DNA of 64,000 bases from Octopus sinensis. Taxonomy: Eukaryota. A program made the position numbers and the translations under genes. Location of the stretch: NCBI RefSeq assembly GCF_006345805.1, contig NC_042998.1, positions 2,604,001 to 2,668,000 on the forward strand, read 5' to 3'. Shown piece by piece: positions 1-13,209 of the stretch (positions within the stretch are counted from its first letter, which is position 1; each line of letters begins with the position of its first letter). The notes under the pieces are model-generated. The model was given only the letters and a program-made list of their open reading frames with translations, did not search any database and was not told the origin of the DNA.

Positions 1-952
1 GTTTAACCAATATATGTTTAAAGGAAGCTCAGTAAAGAGAGCATGGTGAAGATGTTCAATAAGTTATTTATGATTGATTTCCCCCCCCCCCCCTATATAC
101 ATACAAGATTTGATTCTCGAGTCAAGAAAATGTGATCATGGGAAATGCATGCCTCTCTCAGAAGCATGAAACATGTAAATGAAATGAGATGATTACAACT
201 GATACAATTAGACTGCAGAGCAATCTTGTTCAAAGCTTACCTGTATTCTACTATATTTTACTACATAAATGTTCAATTCATTATAAAAATTCATTAACAT
301 AATCTAAATTATCATTAAGATATCATAAGAGTGTCATTGATACTATAACCTCCTTTCACACACCAAAAGCTAAAAACTACATATTCTCTTTATAACATTT
401 TCCCCATATATCTATTTAATGGATTATAAATTATGCAGTTCAGTTGAAATATGAACAGATTTAATTAGTCAAGTCTTTTATTTTTGAAATAAATAAAGCT
501 GTTAGGGATAACGAGCTATAACAATTAACTGATATGCTAACACTAAAGAGACTTCATGATGTTTGCTTTCAAACCATGTTTCCACATCTTGAATATGTTG
601 CTGTTATGGTAGTTCAACTCTTTGTCTCTCTAATCATCTTCTTGAGAGACCAAGTTGAAAAGTGTCTGAAGACAAATGGAGAAAATTACCACCACAACAG
701 AATGTTGTCTCAGCAACACACCCAAGATGAAGAGGAAAGGCCCAAAACATGAACATCAACATAATCTAAGAAAAATAGAGATATGCCAGCAAGGAGAGTA
801 CATAAAATACTGGGAAAACATACATAACATAATTCTTTCATTAGATAACATAACTAAAACGTGAAAAGCAAATAGTAGCAGACAGGAAGAACTCAGAGAT
901 AATACAAGAAAGAAAAAATTTTAAACTTAAAACTATTCTGTAAAAATATAAC

Positions 953-1066
953 CATGCTAAAATTATAGAAAGGTTTTAAAATACCAAGCTAGGGAATAAA
1001 TTGATCAAGAGTATTTACATACAACATGGATTTAGAGCAGGATTTTCAATCTGATGATACGTATTC
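953..1066 (+). mobile_element. Highly degraded non-LTR reverse transcriptase fragment
   Basis: Translates HAKIIERF*NTKLGNKLIKSIYIQHGFRAGFSI**YVF, matching the KI.ER.....Q.GFR.G.S RT motif. Confidence 0.5.
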
Positions 1067-2999
1067 AGGATAGGCTACAAGCTCAGGGTAGGTTACATTC
1101 AAATGACACTTGATACTGTACTTCAATGGCTAAGTTTCACTCAGATACAAAGAGTGTACAAGCAGTGCCAACATTTGCCAAAGCTGGCTATCTAGTAAAA
1201 GATGAATTTTAGTGAAGTTATTAAGCTTTTTGTTGTTGTTGTTTTTCCTGATCGACGATGTACTTTTATATGGGCACAACCTTTAATTATTGGTGTATGT
1301 ATTCCACACTATTAATTCTAAACACAAATTCGAGATTGGAGATGATATACAGAACCCAGTTTTGCAAAATGAAAATAACATACCATATTTTTCAGACCTA
1401 ATTTACAATCAAAATAGGTGGATTGATTTACATACCAAATTGAATTTAGAGGACCAAAAATTCCACGTGAAATGCAGCTGGATTTAAAAAGGTAGTGGCA
1501 ATATCTGAATGGTTACACTATATATTTACAACTTGCATACTGGAAAATAACATACTTATATGTATTTCTTCCCTTTATACATAGAACATTCTTAAAGAAC
1601 TTTCACTAGTTTGGAAGAGTGCGTCTACCTCTAAATGTACCTGAGCACTGTACACAATAAGTCCATTATTATCAATCTACGTAATAGCCACAATGTAATT
1701 ATCTGAAGAGTTATTTCCCTTCATTTAAAAAACAAACATTTTGTGGGTGCACCTTATAGAAAGGCACTGATAACTCTTTAGTCTTTGTATCCTTTTAAAC
1801 TACCAATAACAAACGAAGAACATTGGTAATTTCCACTGATTACCATTAAAAGAGGAACTTACTGAGACTGAATAAAGATAATATTGAAACAATTGTAAAT
1901 TAAAAATAAAAGTTCCTATTCTTTTGATAATAAAAAAATGTCCAACTCTGATCTTAAATAGAAGAACTGATTGTTAGCACATATTCAAAACTTTTATTCA
2001 TTTCATCCCAATTAGCCCTGCCATCTTATAGCAGAAAAAAAATAATATATAAAAAACGAAACATTTACACTGACCACAAAATAATAATCAATTCATTTTT
2101 TAAATATATTGGAAATGTGTAAACTGTCTTGAAGGCAGTTTATTGTGTGTAGCTCCAAGATATATAATGAAGCGATTAAGGATTACTCAATATATGTTAA
2201 TCAGATAAACTCTTCACAATGAAACTTTGCACAATAACAAGTGGGAAAAAATTTTCAGAGAATATCTATTGAGCTTCTAGAGAAAAAAAAAAATCTACAT
2301 GAAACAAAGAATGAGACCAAAAAGGCCAATATTGTAGAAATTCCACTCTCCAACAATTGAGAATGAGGGAAAAAATGAAACTGTTATATCTGGTACCTTT
2401 GAATGTTATTCCGAAAGAAAATTATTGTTGATTTTTATTTTTTTTTTTTGGAGCTGTGGCAAAAGTGTCAATAAGCATATATTTCAGAGAAAAAAAAACA
2501 AAAGAAAATCTATACATAAAATAGCATTTCAGTTGATAGATAACCTGAAAGATACAAATTTAGTAAGAAAGATACACACACAATGTACCTGAAACTGATT
2601 TTGTATTTCATAATTTTAAGCTGTATATACACAAATAAAATAAAAATCATTGAATTTAAAATGCATTTTTTAAGAAATGAAAGCTCCCATGTGTTTGTTT
2701 ATTAAATAATTTATACGTAATTCTCATGATAATTTAATACGTTCTAATATACTAGAAATATTCGTAAACAGGTTTATGATGTAGAAAAAAAATGATATTT
2801 TTTTTCTACATTATTAACTTAAGAAATCGTAATAAAAAAAAAACTAATAAAATATTTTATGGAAAGCAAAATTACAAGCTATCAAATACAAATTTCAGTT
2901 CACTCTATTCTAGTGGTACTAAATGAATTAAAACTTTGAAGTATTTAGAATGACAACTAAAACAATTTCCAAGACAATTCAGAAAAGTTAATGTATATA

Positions 3000-3387
3000 G
3001 GCATAGGAGTGGCTGTGTGGTAAGTAGCTTGCTTACGAACCTCATGGTTCCGGGTTCAGTCCCACTGCATGGCACATTAGGCAAGTGTCTTCTACTATCA
3101 CCTTGAGCCAACCAAAGCCTTGTGAGTGGATTTGGTAGATGGAAACTGAAAGAAGCCCGTCGCATATATATATATATATGTGTGTGTGTGTGTTTGTCCC
3201 CCAACATCATTTGACAACTGATGCTGGTGCGTTTATGTCCCCATAACGTAGCAGTTCGGCATAAGAGACCGATAGAATAAGTACTAGGCTTACAAAGAAT
3301 AAGTCCGGGGGTCGATTTGCTCGACTAAAGGCAGTGCTCCAGCATGGCCACAGTCAAATGACTGAAACAAGTAAAAGAGTAAAAGAG
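3000..3387 (+). mobile_element. Full-length tRNA-derived SINE, tail type 1 (CR1-like end). Other copies: 34300-34660(+), 35950-36255(-), 48640-48945(-), 56965-57385(-), 11500-11855(+), 53745-53975(+)
   Basis: A box TGGCTGTGTGG, B box GGTTCAGTCCC, CORE-like caccttgggcaagtg, internal (TA)/(TG)n, (AAAGAGT)n-type tail; multiple dispersed copies. Confidence 0.9.
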
Positions 3388-3800
3388 TGTCCCAGTAATG
3401 CTATGCCACAGCCTCTTGCTGAAACCAATAATGGAATATAATTATAAGTGTAAAACTAAAAAAAATTACACGATGAGTTTTAATTTACAGGTTCAATCTC
3501 ATCATGCTGATGAAAACTTTAGAATGCAGAATTCTCTAAATATTACATTTGTCTAAGACTTAACAGAATTCTCTTCGAGACTAAATTACAAACTTCGTAA
3601 CAACACTTTCATGTAGCAGAACATGGTTAAGATGGCTTAACAAAAAAGCAACTTTACTTTGGTCAAGAAGTGAGTCTTTTATTTACCAACTAAAATCAAA
3701 TCATATTTTAGACAATTTCATAACTTTTCCATACATTTCTAAACATTGATCGAATTAGAATTAGGTGATAGAAAAAAATAAATACATAAAAACAACTTAC

Positions 3801-3864
3801 TTTCTTTCAAGGCATACTGAACATATTCATTCTCTAGTCCATCGTCTTTCAAAGGATGTTTTTC
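3801..3864 (-). CDS. RhoGEF exon 19 (64 nt, phase 0-1): EKHPLKDDGLENEYVQYALKE
   Basis: gattctgtag acceptor, AAA|gtaagt donor; phase fits exon 18. Confidence 0.85.
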
Positions 3865-5205
3865 CTACAGAATCAAACATAGGGAATTAATTTAATAAGG
3901 AAAACATACTATAAACAAAAATCTGTAAGGAAATTTATTAAAAAACAAAAATATATATAATTCTTCTGAAGAATCCAATAGTAACCATTTTTGGTGAGAA
4001 CACCATTATTGATGTATTATGATGCATAATCTATGCACTAACTCTGAAAAATTAGAAATAATCCAAGTTCTAATGAGATAAATCAGAAAATAAACAGAAA
4101 GCAACTGCTAATCCTTGGGAGGTGTGGAAATTTGCTGTACTTGATAAGACGCATTGAGCTAAGTGAAACAGCTGTCTTCCAACACATACAGGCTTGTGCT
4201 TTCAGGTGCCAGTTCCACTTAAAAAGCATCCATGCTGGAGCTGTGTTAACACACCCATGCCAGTGGCACATGAAAAGCACCCAGTACACTCTGTAGAGTG
4301 GTTGGCATTGGGAAGGGCATCCAGCCATAGAAACCATGCCACAACAAACAGTTGGAGTCTGGACAGCTCCCTGCTAGCTAGCTCCATATCAAACTGTCCA
4401 ACCCACACCAGTACAGAAAGCCAACGTATGATGAGGGTGATGATGACTACTCTTTTTGCGTTTCAAAGTGAGCAGGGTGGCTTAGGCCAAGGTGTGTCTA
4501 AAGCCCTAGGTCTTGTAACACCTGAGCCTAATCTGCTTTCCATGGTGAATATATGACTGAGATTACAACCCTCCCCACTGAATGCGACAACAATCCATCA
4601 CAGGGTTAACTCCCCAGCCATGGCTGGAATCTATTTGCAGCTCAGTGGAATGAAGAAATGTGGGAATTATGTGTTTCTCAAGAACACAAGACACCGACCA
4701 GTCCAGGAATAGAAATCTCAGTCGTATGACTGTGAGTACAACACCCTAACCAGAAGCTTCCAGAAGCAGTGAGGTGCCATGCAAAAAGTACATAGTCAAA
4801 ATGAGATGATTTGCCTAGGAAAGTATCTTATGGATAGTTGGTTGCTATAAAGAGGCTCAAGGAAATTATCTCAACTTCATCTAAGGAAACAAAATGAAGC
4901 AAATGATATTTTTAGAGTCTTAACTCTTAAGCATTCAGCTGATTCTGTCAAACACAGTGCTTAAGTATTCAAGTTATTTTGAATGAATAAGGCATTATTT
5001 CATAGCTTTGAGATCTTGAAGATGTGATGGTTTGTCTTCAAAATGACACTGTAGGGCAGGTGTAAAAGGCCAGATCTGACCAATTTGAAGATAAAACAGG
5101 TAGAATATTTTGGCCAGATATGGCCAGTTTAAATGTTAAAGGGTAACCTTAATGGTCAAATAAAGCAGATGTATGCAATATTGAATAGAAATAAAATATA
5201 CGCAC

Positions 5206-5378
5206 CATAGCTTCAGCTAAATTAGTCGAAGCTGATGACAACGTAGAGGTGTTTGGTGAGGAACTAACAATGGTGGGAGCTCCGTCATCATGGGACAATA
5301 ACTCTGCATACTGAACTAGAAGACACTTCTTATCATCACAACATTTGATTATTTGTTGATCTAAGGATTTCATTGTTT
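5206..5378 (-). CDS. RhoGEF exon 18 (173 nt, phase 1-0): (E)TMKSLDQQIIKCCDDKKCLL...STNLAEAM
   Basis: ttctattttag acceptor, ATG|gtgcgt donor; D..I.....K..L pattern of the post-PH region. Confidence 0.9.
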
Positions 5379-6119
5379 CTAAAATAGAAGAAATTGATGA
5401 ATTAGAAATTATTGATAAAATGGTTGGAGTGTTAATAGTTAAAGATAATACCGAAATTGTACACACACACTCACACACTTTAACATATGCTAGAGATTTA
5501 CGGAGGTAATCAATATACAAAATGACAACTATTGTATATTTGAAATCAGACACACAGATATACGTACAAACATTATTTTAATTAGGTTAGATTGTTTGAA
5601 ATCCAGATATTAGCTGTTAACTTGTGAGTATATAACAGTATCATGCAAGTAATTAGCAAGTTGAACATGATAAGAACAATAAAAGATATACTAACAAAAA
5701 CTGAAGACTTCATACCAATATATCCACTTAACATCTAAAGAACTCATAAAATAAAAGGTTCTGTTGAAAAACTTTATGAAATTATAGATTTTTCTCAAAG
5801 TTCTTTTCCTTGATATTGTATGATCAAAACAGATTCAATGAGATTCACTGGCACATAGGAAACAAAAGAAACGAAACTTGTGAACAAATTCTTTTTAAAA
5901 ATAGTCTGTTTTGAATGAAACAAAGAAAACTAAAAGGGAAATAAATTTTACTAGAATAAACTAGGTGATGTATCAAATTCAATTTTATTCAAGATGTAAC
6001 AAATGAAATGTATTAAAATACAATAATCCGATTATAATGGAAATATCAAAACATTTTAATAAAGGTAATTTTTAGATGTATATGGAAGAAATCTGAGAAA
6101 CTGTGTAACATTCTAATCA

Positions 6120-6580
6120 GAAAGGGAGTGATGTCAGAACTGAAGTGTAAAGTGTTTGCAGTATGTGTGAGAAGTGCTATGATTTATAGAAGAGAAACGG
6201 AGCAGCAGTGATGACTGGAAAAACTGAATGGAAATGGTTTGAATTGACTTGCAGAGTATCACTGAAAGAGAGTAAGAAATGTCAAAGAATGAAATGTAGA
6301 GAATGCTGGGTCTAGTGCCACTGAGGGAAGTGGTGAAAAGAAATGGGATGAAATAGGTAAGTCATTTGCTAAAAAAGGATAAAAGTCACTGGGTGAGAGG
6401 TGTTAAAATTGAAAGTGAATGGAAGTGGAGGAAGACTTAGAAAGATACAGACGAAGATGATAGGGGAAGAAATAGGGGCAAGAAGGTTGATGAGGGGCCT
6501 ACAAAGGATAGGACAAAATGAAGAATGGTGTAATGAGCCCTGCTAGGGAAAATGGTCATTAAAACACATGCATTGAGATG
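6120..6580 (+). mobile_element. Degraded RTE-clade LINE ORF2 3' fragment
   Basis: KCKVFAVCVRSAMIYRRET resembles K.KLY.ACVRS.MLYG.ETW; decayed downstream RLRW.GH and GRP-like segments. Confidence 0.6.
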
Positions 6581-8424
6581 AGTTCTGTAATTCACCAAAG
6601 ACTGAAGTAAGGTATATTAAGCAAGTCAATATGACAGAGGCCACTACTCTCAATACTCTACCTACAAGAGCATTTGAACTCAGCACTGCAAGAACCACTC
6701 AACAATTTCAGTTCAGCAGTTCTTATTTACAGCAAAAAGGCTAAGGCCATTTTCTAGTAAAACGTTTTGGCCAGGTGTGTGACAAACTATAAACTATTAA
6801 ATTCACAGCTGATTAGCTGTTATACCATTCACTCAATCGTCAAATTACTTTAGGTTAAATCTTAAGGTTATAATCTCTAACCATATGAAAGACCATAGAT
6901 AAATAATTTGCAGTTTTAACTCATTAATAAATAATTTATTAAACTAAACTTATCCTTCTCCTTCCCCCACACACATACAAAAAAAAACTTCAAAACTAAT
7001 GTAGGTAATAGTTTAAGGAAACAATAGTTTGAATTTAAAAGAAATTTTTATTGTGATGAAATACATTTTATATATTCTCCACATAAACTATACAAAGAAC
7101 TTGGTATATGCATCGAAAATAAACATGTCAACTTGCATTTTTATTTATATTCAAGAAAGTTGTATTTCATTATTTAAAAATAATGAATTAAGATTTGTTG
7201 ACATCGAAAGCAAAATTTGTCCAAAAATCAAAACAAATACACAAATATGAAAGTAGTGAGGTCAGAGAGAACAAGAAAAAGAAACACAGAGAGAAAGAAA
7301 GAAAGAAAGAAAGAAAGAAGAAAAGAGATAGTGTGCTGTGTGTCTATGTACTATACATAAAAATAGTCAATCAACTAACGAAAATATCACACAGAAGCAA
7401 AGGTGCTGTTGAAAGTATAAAGTAAAATCATTTCAATTAGAATCAATAAGTAATTCACAACCAAGCAAAACTGTTTACTTAAAAACACACACAACTTAAT
7501 GAGAGGATGAATTAATTTTTATTAGAAGTGATGATTTATGTATGAAATTAACAAATCTGACAAGGACAAGGAAAAACATTTCTTAAATGATCTGCTATAA
7601 AATCATGGTTAACAACTGAAAACTATTTTAAAATAGAAGATAAAACCCTTCCAATGAACATTCTAATTATCAAAAAATAATCTATATAGCTTCACTACTA
7701 ATCAGTGTTTTTATGTTTTAATTTTAAAAGTTTCATAGCAATAAGAAATTTTAATCACTAGAGTAAACCTAAAAGTACAAAGTTTTTATTGTAAAACTAA
7801 TGGAAGTAATATATATAGGAACCAATATATAAGATGTATACAATCAGTTGTTGAACCTTTAATAACAGATAATAAATGTGATCGATTAAAACAACTTATA
7901 ATTTAAAAGAAAAAGCAATAATTGGTTATTCCGTTATCAGTAGATATAAATTGATAAAAGTTCTGAAGTTCATTAAGTGAACAAAGCTAAAAGATAAAAA
8001 TGCAAGAAAAAAAAAATAGATATTTAAATTATGAAGTAACTTAGAAACAGCACTTTTGTTCCAAGATGACGTTTTTTTAAATTGTGACAACGAAACATCT
8101 ACGAAACAATTTGATTGCAAAATCAATACAAATCTAACATGTTCATATACCAAGTAAAAGAAAGTTTTTGTTTCGAAATGAAAACTATATGGAGCATATA
8201 CCACAGACAGGTATGCAGTATGTAAAAAATAAAGATACATATATATATATATATATATCACCAATTTATTTTGCTTATGTCTCTAAACTTTCCCACTTAT
8301 GATACCCCAAAATTTAGAAATTTCTTAAAAACATTTTTCGATATTGCAAACAATTTTTCTGAAAATTTAACCCAAGTCTGGGAAGGAGTAATGTGATTGG
8401 AAGAAGAAGATTTGGTAGATTTAC

Positions 8425-8511
8425 CAAATAATAGCCGTATTCGTTGTCTTCTAATCTCCATGATTTTCTGTTCTTCAGCTTTTTTAAATGATTGTGTAGC
8501 TTCCACTGGAA
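8425..8511 (-). CDS. RhoGEF exon 17 (87 nt, phase 1-1): (V)PVEATQSFKKAEEQKIMEIRRQRIRLLF
   Basis: ttttcttctag acceptor, TTG|gtaaat donor; helical post-PH sequence. Confidence 0.9.
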
Positions 8512-10466
8512 CTAGAAGAAAAAAATAATAACCATGAATATAATGTTATTTAATATTAAACCAAAACAAATCAAAGAAGTCAAAAATACCCCAATGCTTT
8601 CAAACAATATCTCAACAGATTTCTTCAAGGGATACCAGACAAATCACTTCCGCCTGGATACATCTCAGTCATCAGCAATTCCCTACTTGAAAGGGGCCAT
8701 ATCACACAACTTGACTTAAAAATGACTTAACAGATTCTATCAGCTATTAAGTTAGGCATGGCCTGGACCCTTTTTTCACTAAAACATTTGTAAGTTTATG
8801 CATGTTTACTATCTTCTGAAACAAGCAAAAGAAGAAATAGCATACCGTAAAAACCCATGTAATTTGCACACCTATGTAATTTACGCAGGTGATTTTCAGA
8901 ATGAAATTTGTTAAAAAAAGCTTCTACACATGTAAAATTTGCATCCAAAAGTTTTCAGAATTGCTGATGTGGCAAGGGTAAAGAAGGTTTCCTATTTAGT
9001 TGCATTTAGCAGAATTTCACTTCCTCATGATTAGATTTTCTTAAATTTTCATTAAATAAAAATAAATTCTATTTAACAAGTATCACATTAAAAGCTATTA
9101 AATTACAAAGTGTTTGTGTTGTTTATGATACTAGCGAGCACTGTGCATAGAACATGGGTGTTAAATGATTATGGCTGGATATAAATGGAATTCATTTACA
9201 ACAATCATGCCATGTCAAGACAAAGAGACTCACGCACACACATGTATGTGTGTGTGTGTGTATGTATATATGTGTATATATATATCATCATCATCATCAT
9301 CATTTAACGTCCACTTTCCATGCTAGCATGGGTTGGACGATTTGACTGAAGTCTGGCGAACCAGACTCCAATCTTGATCTGGCAGAGTTTCTACAGCTGG
9401 ATGCCCTTCCTAACGCCAACCACTCCGAGAGTGTGAGGGTGCATGGCCTAGTGGTTATTGTGTTGGACTCACAACTGTGAGATCGTGGTTTCAATTCTTA
9501 GACCTGGTAGTGTGTTGTGTTCTTGAGCAAAACACTTCATCTCACGTTGCTCTGCGATCCCTTCAGCACATGACACGTGGCACACAGTGCACATGCTCAG
9601 AAAATGTAGATTTGATGGAGAGAGGGAGCTATTGTGCAGCATGAACATTTGCTCACTATAAACAAATCATTTGTGCAGATTGTTCAGCAAAGGCTGAATT
9701 GCTCATGTTGTCTTCAACAGGAATCTATATGTATACACATACACACAAACAGATTTCTTTTAGTGTCCATCAAACAAATGCATTCACAAGGCTTTGATAA
9801 GTACAGAGCTATACTGAAAGACCCTTGCATAATATGACACAGTGGGACTGAACCTGAAACCATGTGGCTGGGAAGCGAACTTCTTACCACACAGCTACAT
9901 ACTATCAGTGTGCCAATAGTTTACACACGCAAGCATGTATCTGACTCGTACACTGTTCGCTTTACAGACATTTGTACATTACTGCATATGCTTTATACGC
10001 ACTTTTTGATAAGTTGTGGTGCACCTGAGCACTCTATACTAATTTCAGTCACAGGACTGCAGCCATGCTAAAACTCAACTCTGAAGTTTATATGAACCCC
10101 AGTGGCGTATTTCATCAATCCCTATTTATAAAATAGTAGATGCTAAGCTAAGAATTTTACAGTCATATAACAATTAGCCACCTAATTTTAATAAACCATG
10201 ATCAAATTATTTTTTTAATCTAAGCCAATGTGGGAGCTTGTGTGGTTGCTAAACATGCTAAATTTCCAAATTTCCCTCAAAGCCTCCCAACAAACTAAAA
10301 AGCTAAGAATGTGGTGGATAACATAGTCTGAAAAGAAAGTTGAGATGGTCACAGCTGGAACGGCTTTGCTCATGGAGCTTCTATTTTACAGCCAAACTAT
10401 CAAAAAAATAACCAACAAAACTATTTGAATAAAAGTTTTATAATTTGGACCTGCCTTCTGACTAAA

Positions 10467-10972
10467 TCTATATATATAAAACTCTAGTTGTGTGAGTGTC
10501 TGTCCCCTTCGATTTAGATTCCTAACTCCTCCCACATTTTGCGGTGCAGTTTAACCAAATTCGGGTATCTTATAGTCGTGATTCATATCGAGCCCGTCTG
10601 ACTATTAGCGCGCGTCAACGATGAGTCTACGATTTTAAAAATAATTTAACATTATTTTTTATTCCATTTTAATGCATAAAATGCATCGTATGTCGATGGC
10701 GGCGGAGTTGGCGTCCACGCTCACACCTGCACCTGTTTGCTTCTCCCCCTTCCCTCCCTTGTGAAGCTGTGGGGAAGGGAGTGTAAAGAAATCAACGTCG
10801 TAATGCGTTGTGAAGGAAACCAGCGTTCTTTTAGAACAACGACTTCATGGCTTGAAGACACCAAAACAGAAATGGCTAAGAAAGCCCGAATTTATAAGGG
10901 AAGTAACTCTCTAAAAATGCTTATATAGTTATTTCCCTTACAAACCCGAGCAACGCCGGGTGATACTGCTAG
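10467..10972 (+). mobile_element. Non-autonomous Helitron
   Basis: 5' TC(TATATATA), 3' hairpin CCCG-AGCAACGC-CGGG then CTAG, inserted between A and T, no TSD. Confidence 0.88.
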
Positions 10973-11622
10973 TTAAATATATAAAAAAAAAACTATTTAA
11001 AATTCTTCAATATTTTTATCAAAATAAAATAAAATATAGGTGCAAGCATAGTTGTGTGGTAAGAATCTTTCTTCTCAACCATGTGGTCATGGGTTCTGTC
11101 CTACTATGTAGAACCTTGAGCAAGTACTTTCCACTTTAGTCCTGGGTCAACCAAAGCCTCGTCAATGAATTTGCTAGGCAGAAACTGGAAGTAACCCAAC
11201 ATAGATGTGTGTGTGTGAGTGTATAGTTATGTGTGTAAAGGTGTGTGCGTGTGCATGTTTCTTTGTATTTGTCTCCCACCTCTGCTTGATAACAAGCGTT
11301 GGTTTAATTCTATCCCTGTAACTTAACGGTTTTGCAAGAGATTGAGAGAGTAAGTCCCTGGCTTAAGAAAACAATAAATACTGTGGTCAATTCATTTGAC
11401 AAAGATTCTTCGAGGCAGCGCCCCACCATGGCTGCAGTCTAATGATTGAAACGAGTCCAAGACAAAGGATAAAAGATGAATATAAGATGGAAATGAAGAA
11501 TACAATGAAATTGCTTCCCAACCACATGGCTCTGGGTTCAGTCCCACTGTATGGCACCTTGGGCTGAGCAAAGCCTTGTGAGTGGATTTGATAGACAGAA
11601 ACTGAAGGAAGCCCGTTGTATG

Positions 11623-11660
<38 letters not shown>

Positions 11661-11876
11661 TGTGTTTGTCCCCACACCACTGCTTGACAACTAGTGCGAA
11701 TGTCCCCATTACTTAGTGGTTCAGCAAAAGAAATTGATAAAATAAGTACTAGGCTCAAAAGATAAGTCCTGGGGTCGATTGTTCAACTGAAACCCTTCAA
11801 GGCAGTGCTTCAGCATGGCCACAGTGAAATGACTGAAAGAAGTAAAAGAATAAAAAAAGGAATTAAATAAATTTAC

Positions 11877-12066
11877 CATCTCGAGGACAGTGGCTCACAG
11901 CGTAACTTAAATGATGTATCCATGATTTCATGTCTTCTGTAGATTTACAAACCAGTTCATACATTTCGGGTGCCGTTTGTCTTTTCGAGATCAAATAGAT
12001 GCCTTTGCAGTCTTTGGTATCTCCCTTTTCTCTAACAAGCAGTTCATATAATGGAATTACACAAGA
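11877..12066 (-). CDS. RhoGEF exon 16 (190 nt, phase 0-1): SCVIPLYELLVREKGDTKDCKGIYLISKRQTAPEMYELVC...AVSHCPRD (PH end)
   Basis: ttgtatttcag acceptor, ATG|gtaaat donor; PH C-terminal W..I and CP motifs. Confidence 0.96.
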
Positions 12067-12293
12067 CTGAAATACAAGAAGTTAATATTTAATGAAACGG
12101 ATTTTGAAATATTAACACCTTAAATGGTGGGAAAGTGTTGAATGAAAAGGTGTACGAAATCAACAAAAAAAACAAAAAAAAAGTATCTCTCTTTTTTTTA
12201 AGGATAATTCAACTATCTATTTATATAGTTATTGATATATCTGTAGATCTATTTATCTACATTCCTTTTCTGTTGATTTATGTATCTGTCTTC

Positions 12294-12540
12294 TCTCATC
12301 GTTTAGCGTCCGCTTTCCATGCTAGCATGGGTTGGACGGTTCAACTGGGGTCTGGGAAGCCAGGAGGCTGCACCAGGCCCAGTTTGATCTGGCAATGTTT
12401 CTACGGCCGGATGCCCTTCCTAACGCCAACCACTCCATGGGTGCTTTTTACGTGCCAGATGAGTCTGGCAAACGGCCACGATCGGATGGTGCTTTTTACG
12501 CGCCACTGGCACGGGGGCCAGGTGAGGCTGGCAAATGGGC
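12294..12540 (-). mobile_element. RTE 3'UTR copy (about 2 VNTR units). Further truncated copies at about 4195-4448(+), 9285-9433(-), 18000-18195(-), 28915-29065(-), 31493-31698(+), 32445-32592(-), 47352-47635(+)
   Basis: Shared ttaggaagggcatccagc(c/t)gtagaaac core and acccatgctagcatggaaa..ggacgttaaacgatgatg end. Confidence 0.85.
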
Positions 12541-13123
12541 ATTTAACCCTAATAAAGAATAAAAAACAAAATGGATACATGATAGTGCCTCAGCATGGCC
12601 ACAGCCTTTCAACTAGAACATGTAAAAGAATGAAAGAGTAACATCCATAGCTATTTGCTAAGGTTATTTCACTTTAATACAGCGGGTGTCCATATGCTTC
12701 CATCAGAGTCAATCCCCTAAAGGCACAATGGATTAAGTGGCACTTTGCTCTATAAGAGCTTTATCAGTTGTTTTATCATGTCATCTGCTCTATAAAATGC
12801 ATAAAACAAACTACACACAACTTTTGCAAATATATGCAATGTAGAAAGCTTAATGATATTACAAAAAGAGAAAGGTATTATGTGTTTTGTGTTACCATAC
12901 AAGGCATGGATGTGTAAGAATCTTTTTATAGTCACAAACTAAAGTCTTACAAATTCAGTTTTTCTATTTCTGTGAGTTCTTATATCAAATGATAGAACAG
13001 ACTGCCATTTTAGATATCAAGTATACCTGATACTTAATTTGCAGTTTGTTGCAGTGATGTGACAAGATTAAAAATAATACCATTAGGTTTGAAGAGAAAC
13101 AAGGAAAAGAGTGAAAGACAAAC

Positions 13124-13209
13124 CTTGTTATCTTGCATTGTGAAAGTATATTTTTGATTATTTTCTTGCATAAGAACAATGAGATCAGTTAATACCAGAG
13201 CTGTTACAT
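13124..13209 (-). CDS. RhoGEF exon 15 (86 nt, phase 1-0): VTALVLTDLIVLMQENNQKYTFTMQDNK (PH)
   Basis: attttcag acceptor, AAG|gtttgt donor; LTD..V.LQE..QKY.F motif. Confidence 0.95.

Noticed and set aside
241-260. Strong minus-strand donor CAG|gtaagc as a possible next exon
   Set aside because: No polypyrimidine tract at any nearby AG, and the peptide is not recognisable
3000-3075. tRNA-like A/B boxes here and at other SINE heads
   Set aside because: No full cloverleaf; they continue into SINE bodies, so they are not tRNA genes
5379-5553. ORF extension upstream of exon 18
   Set aside because: Low-complexity intronic sequence including (TG)n; the real acceptor at 5378 fits the phase
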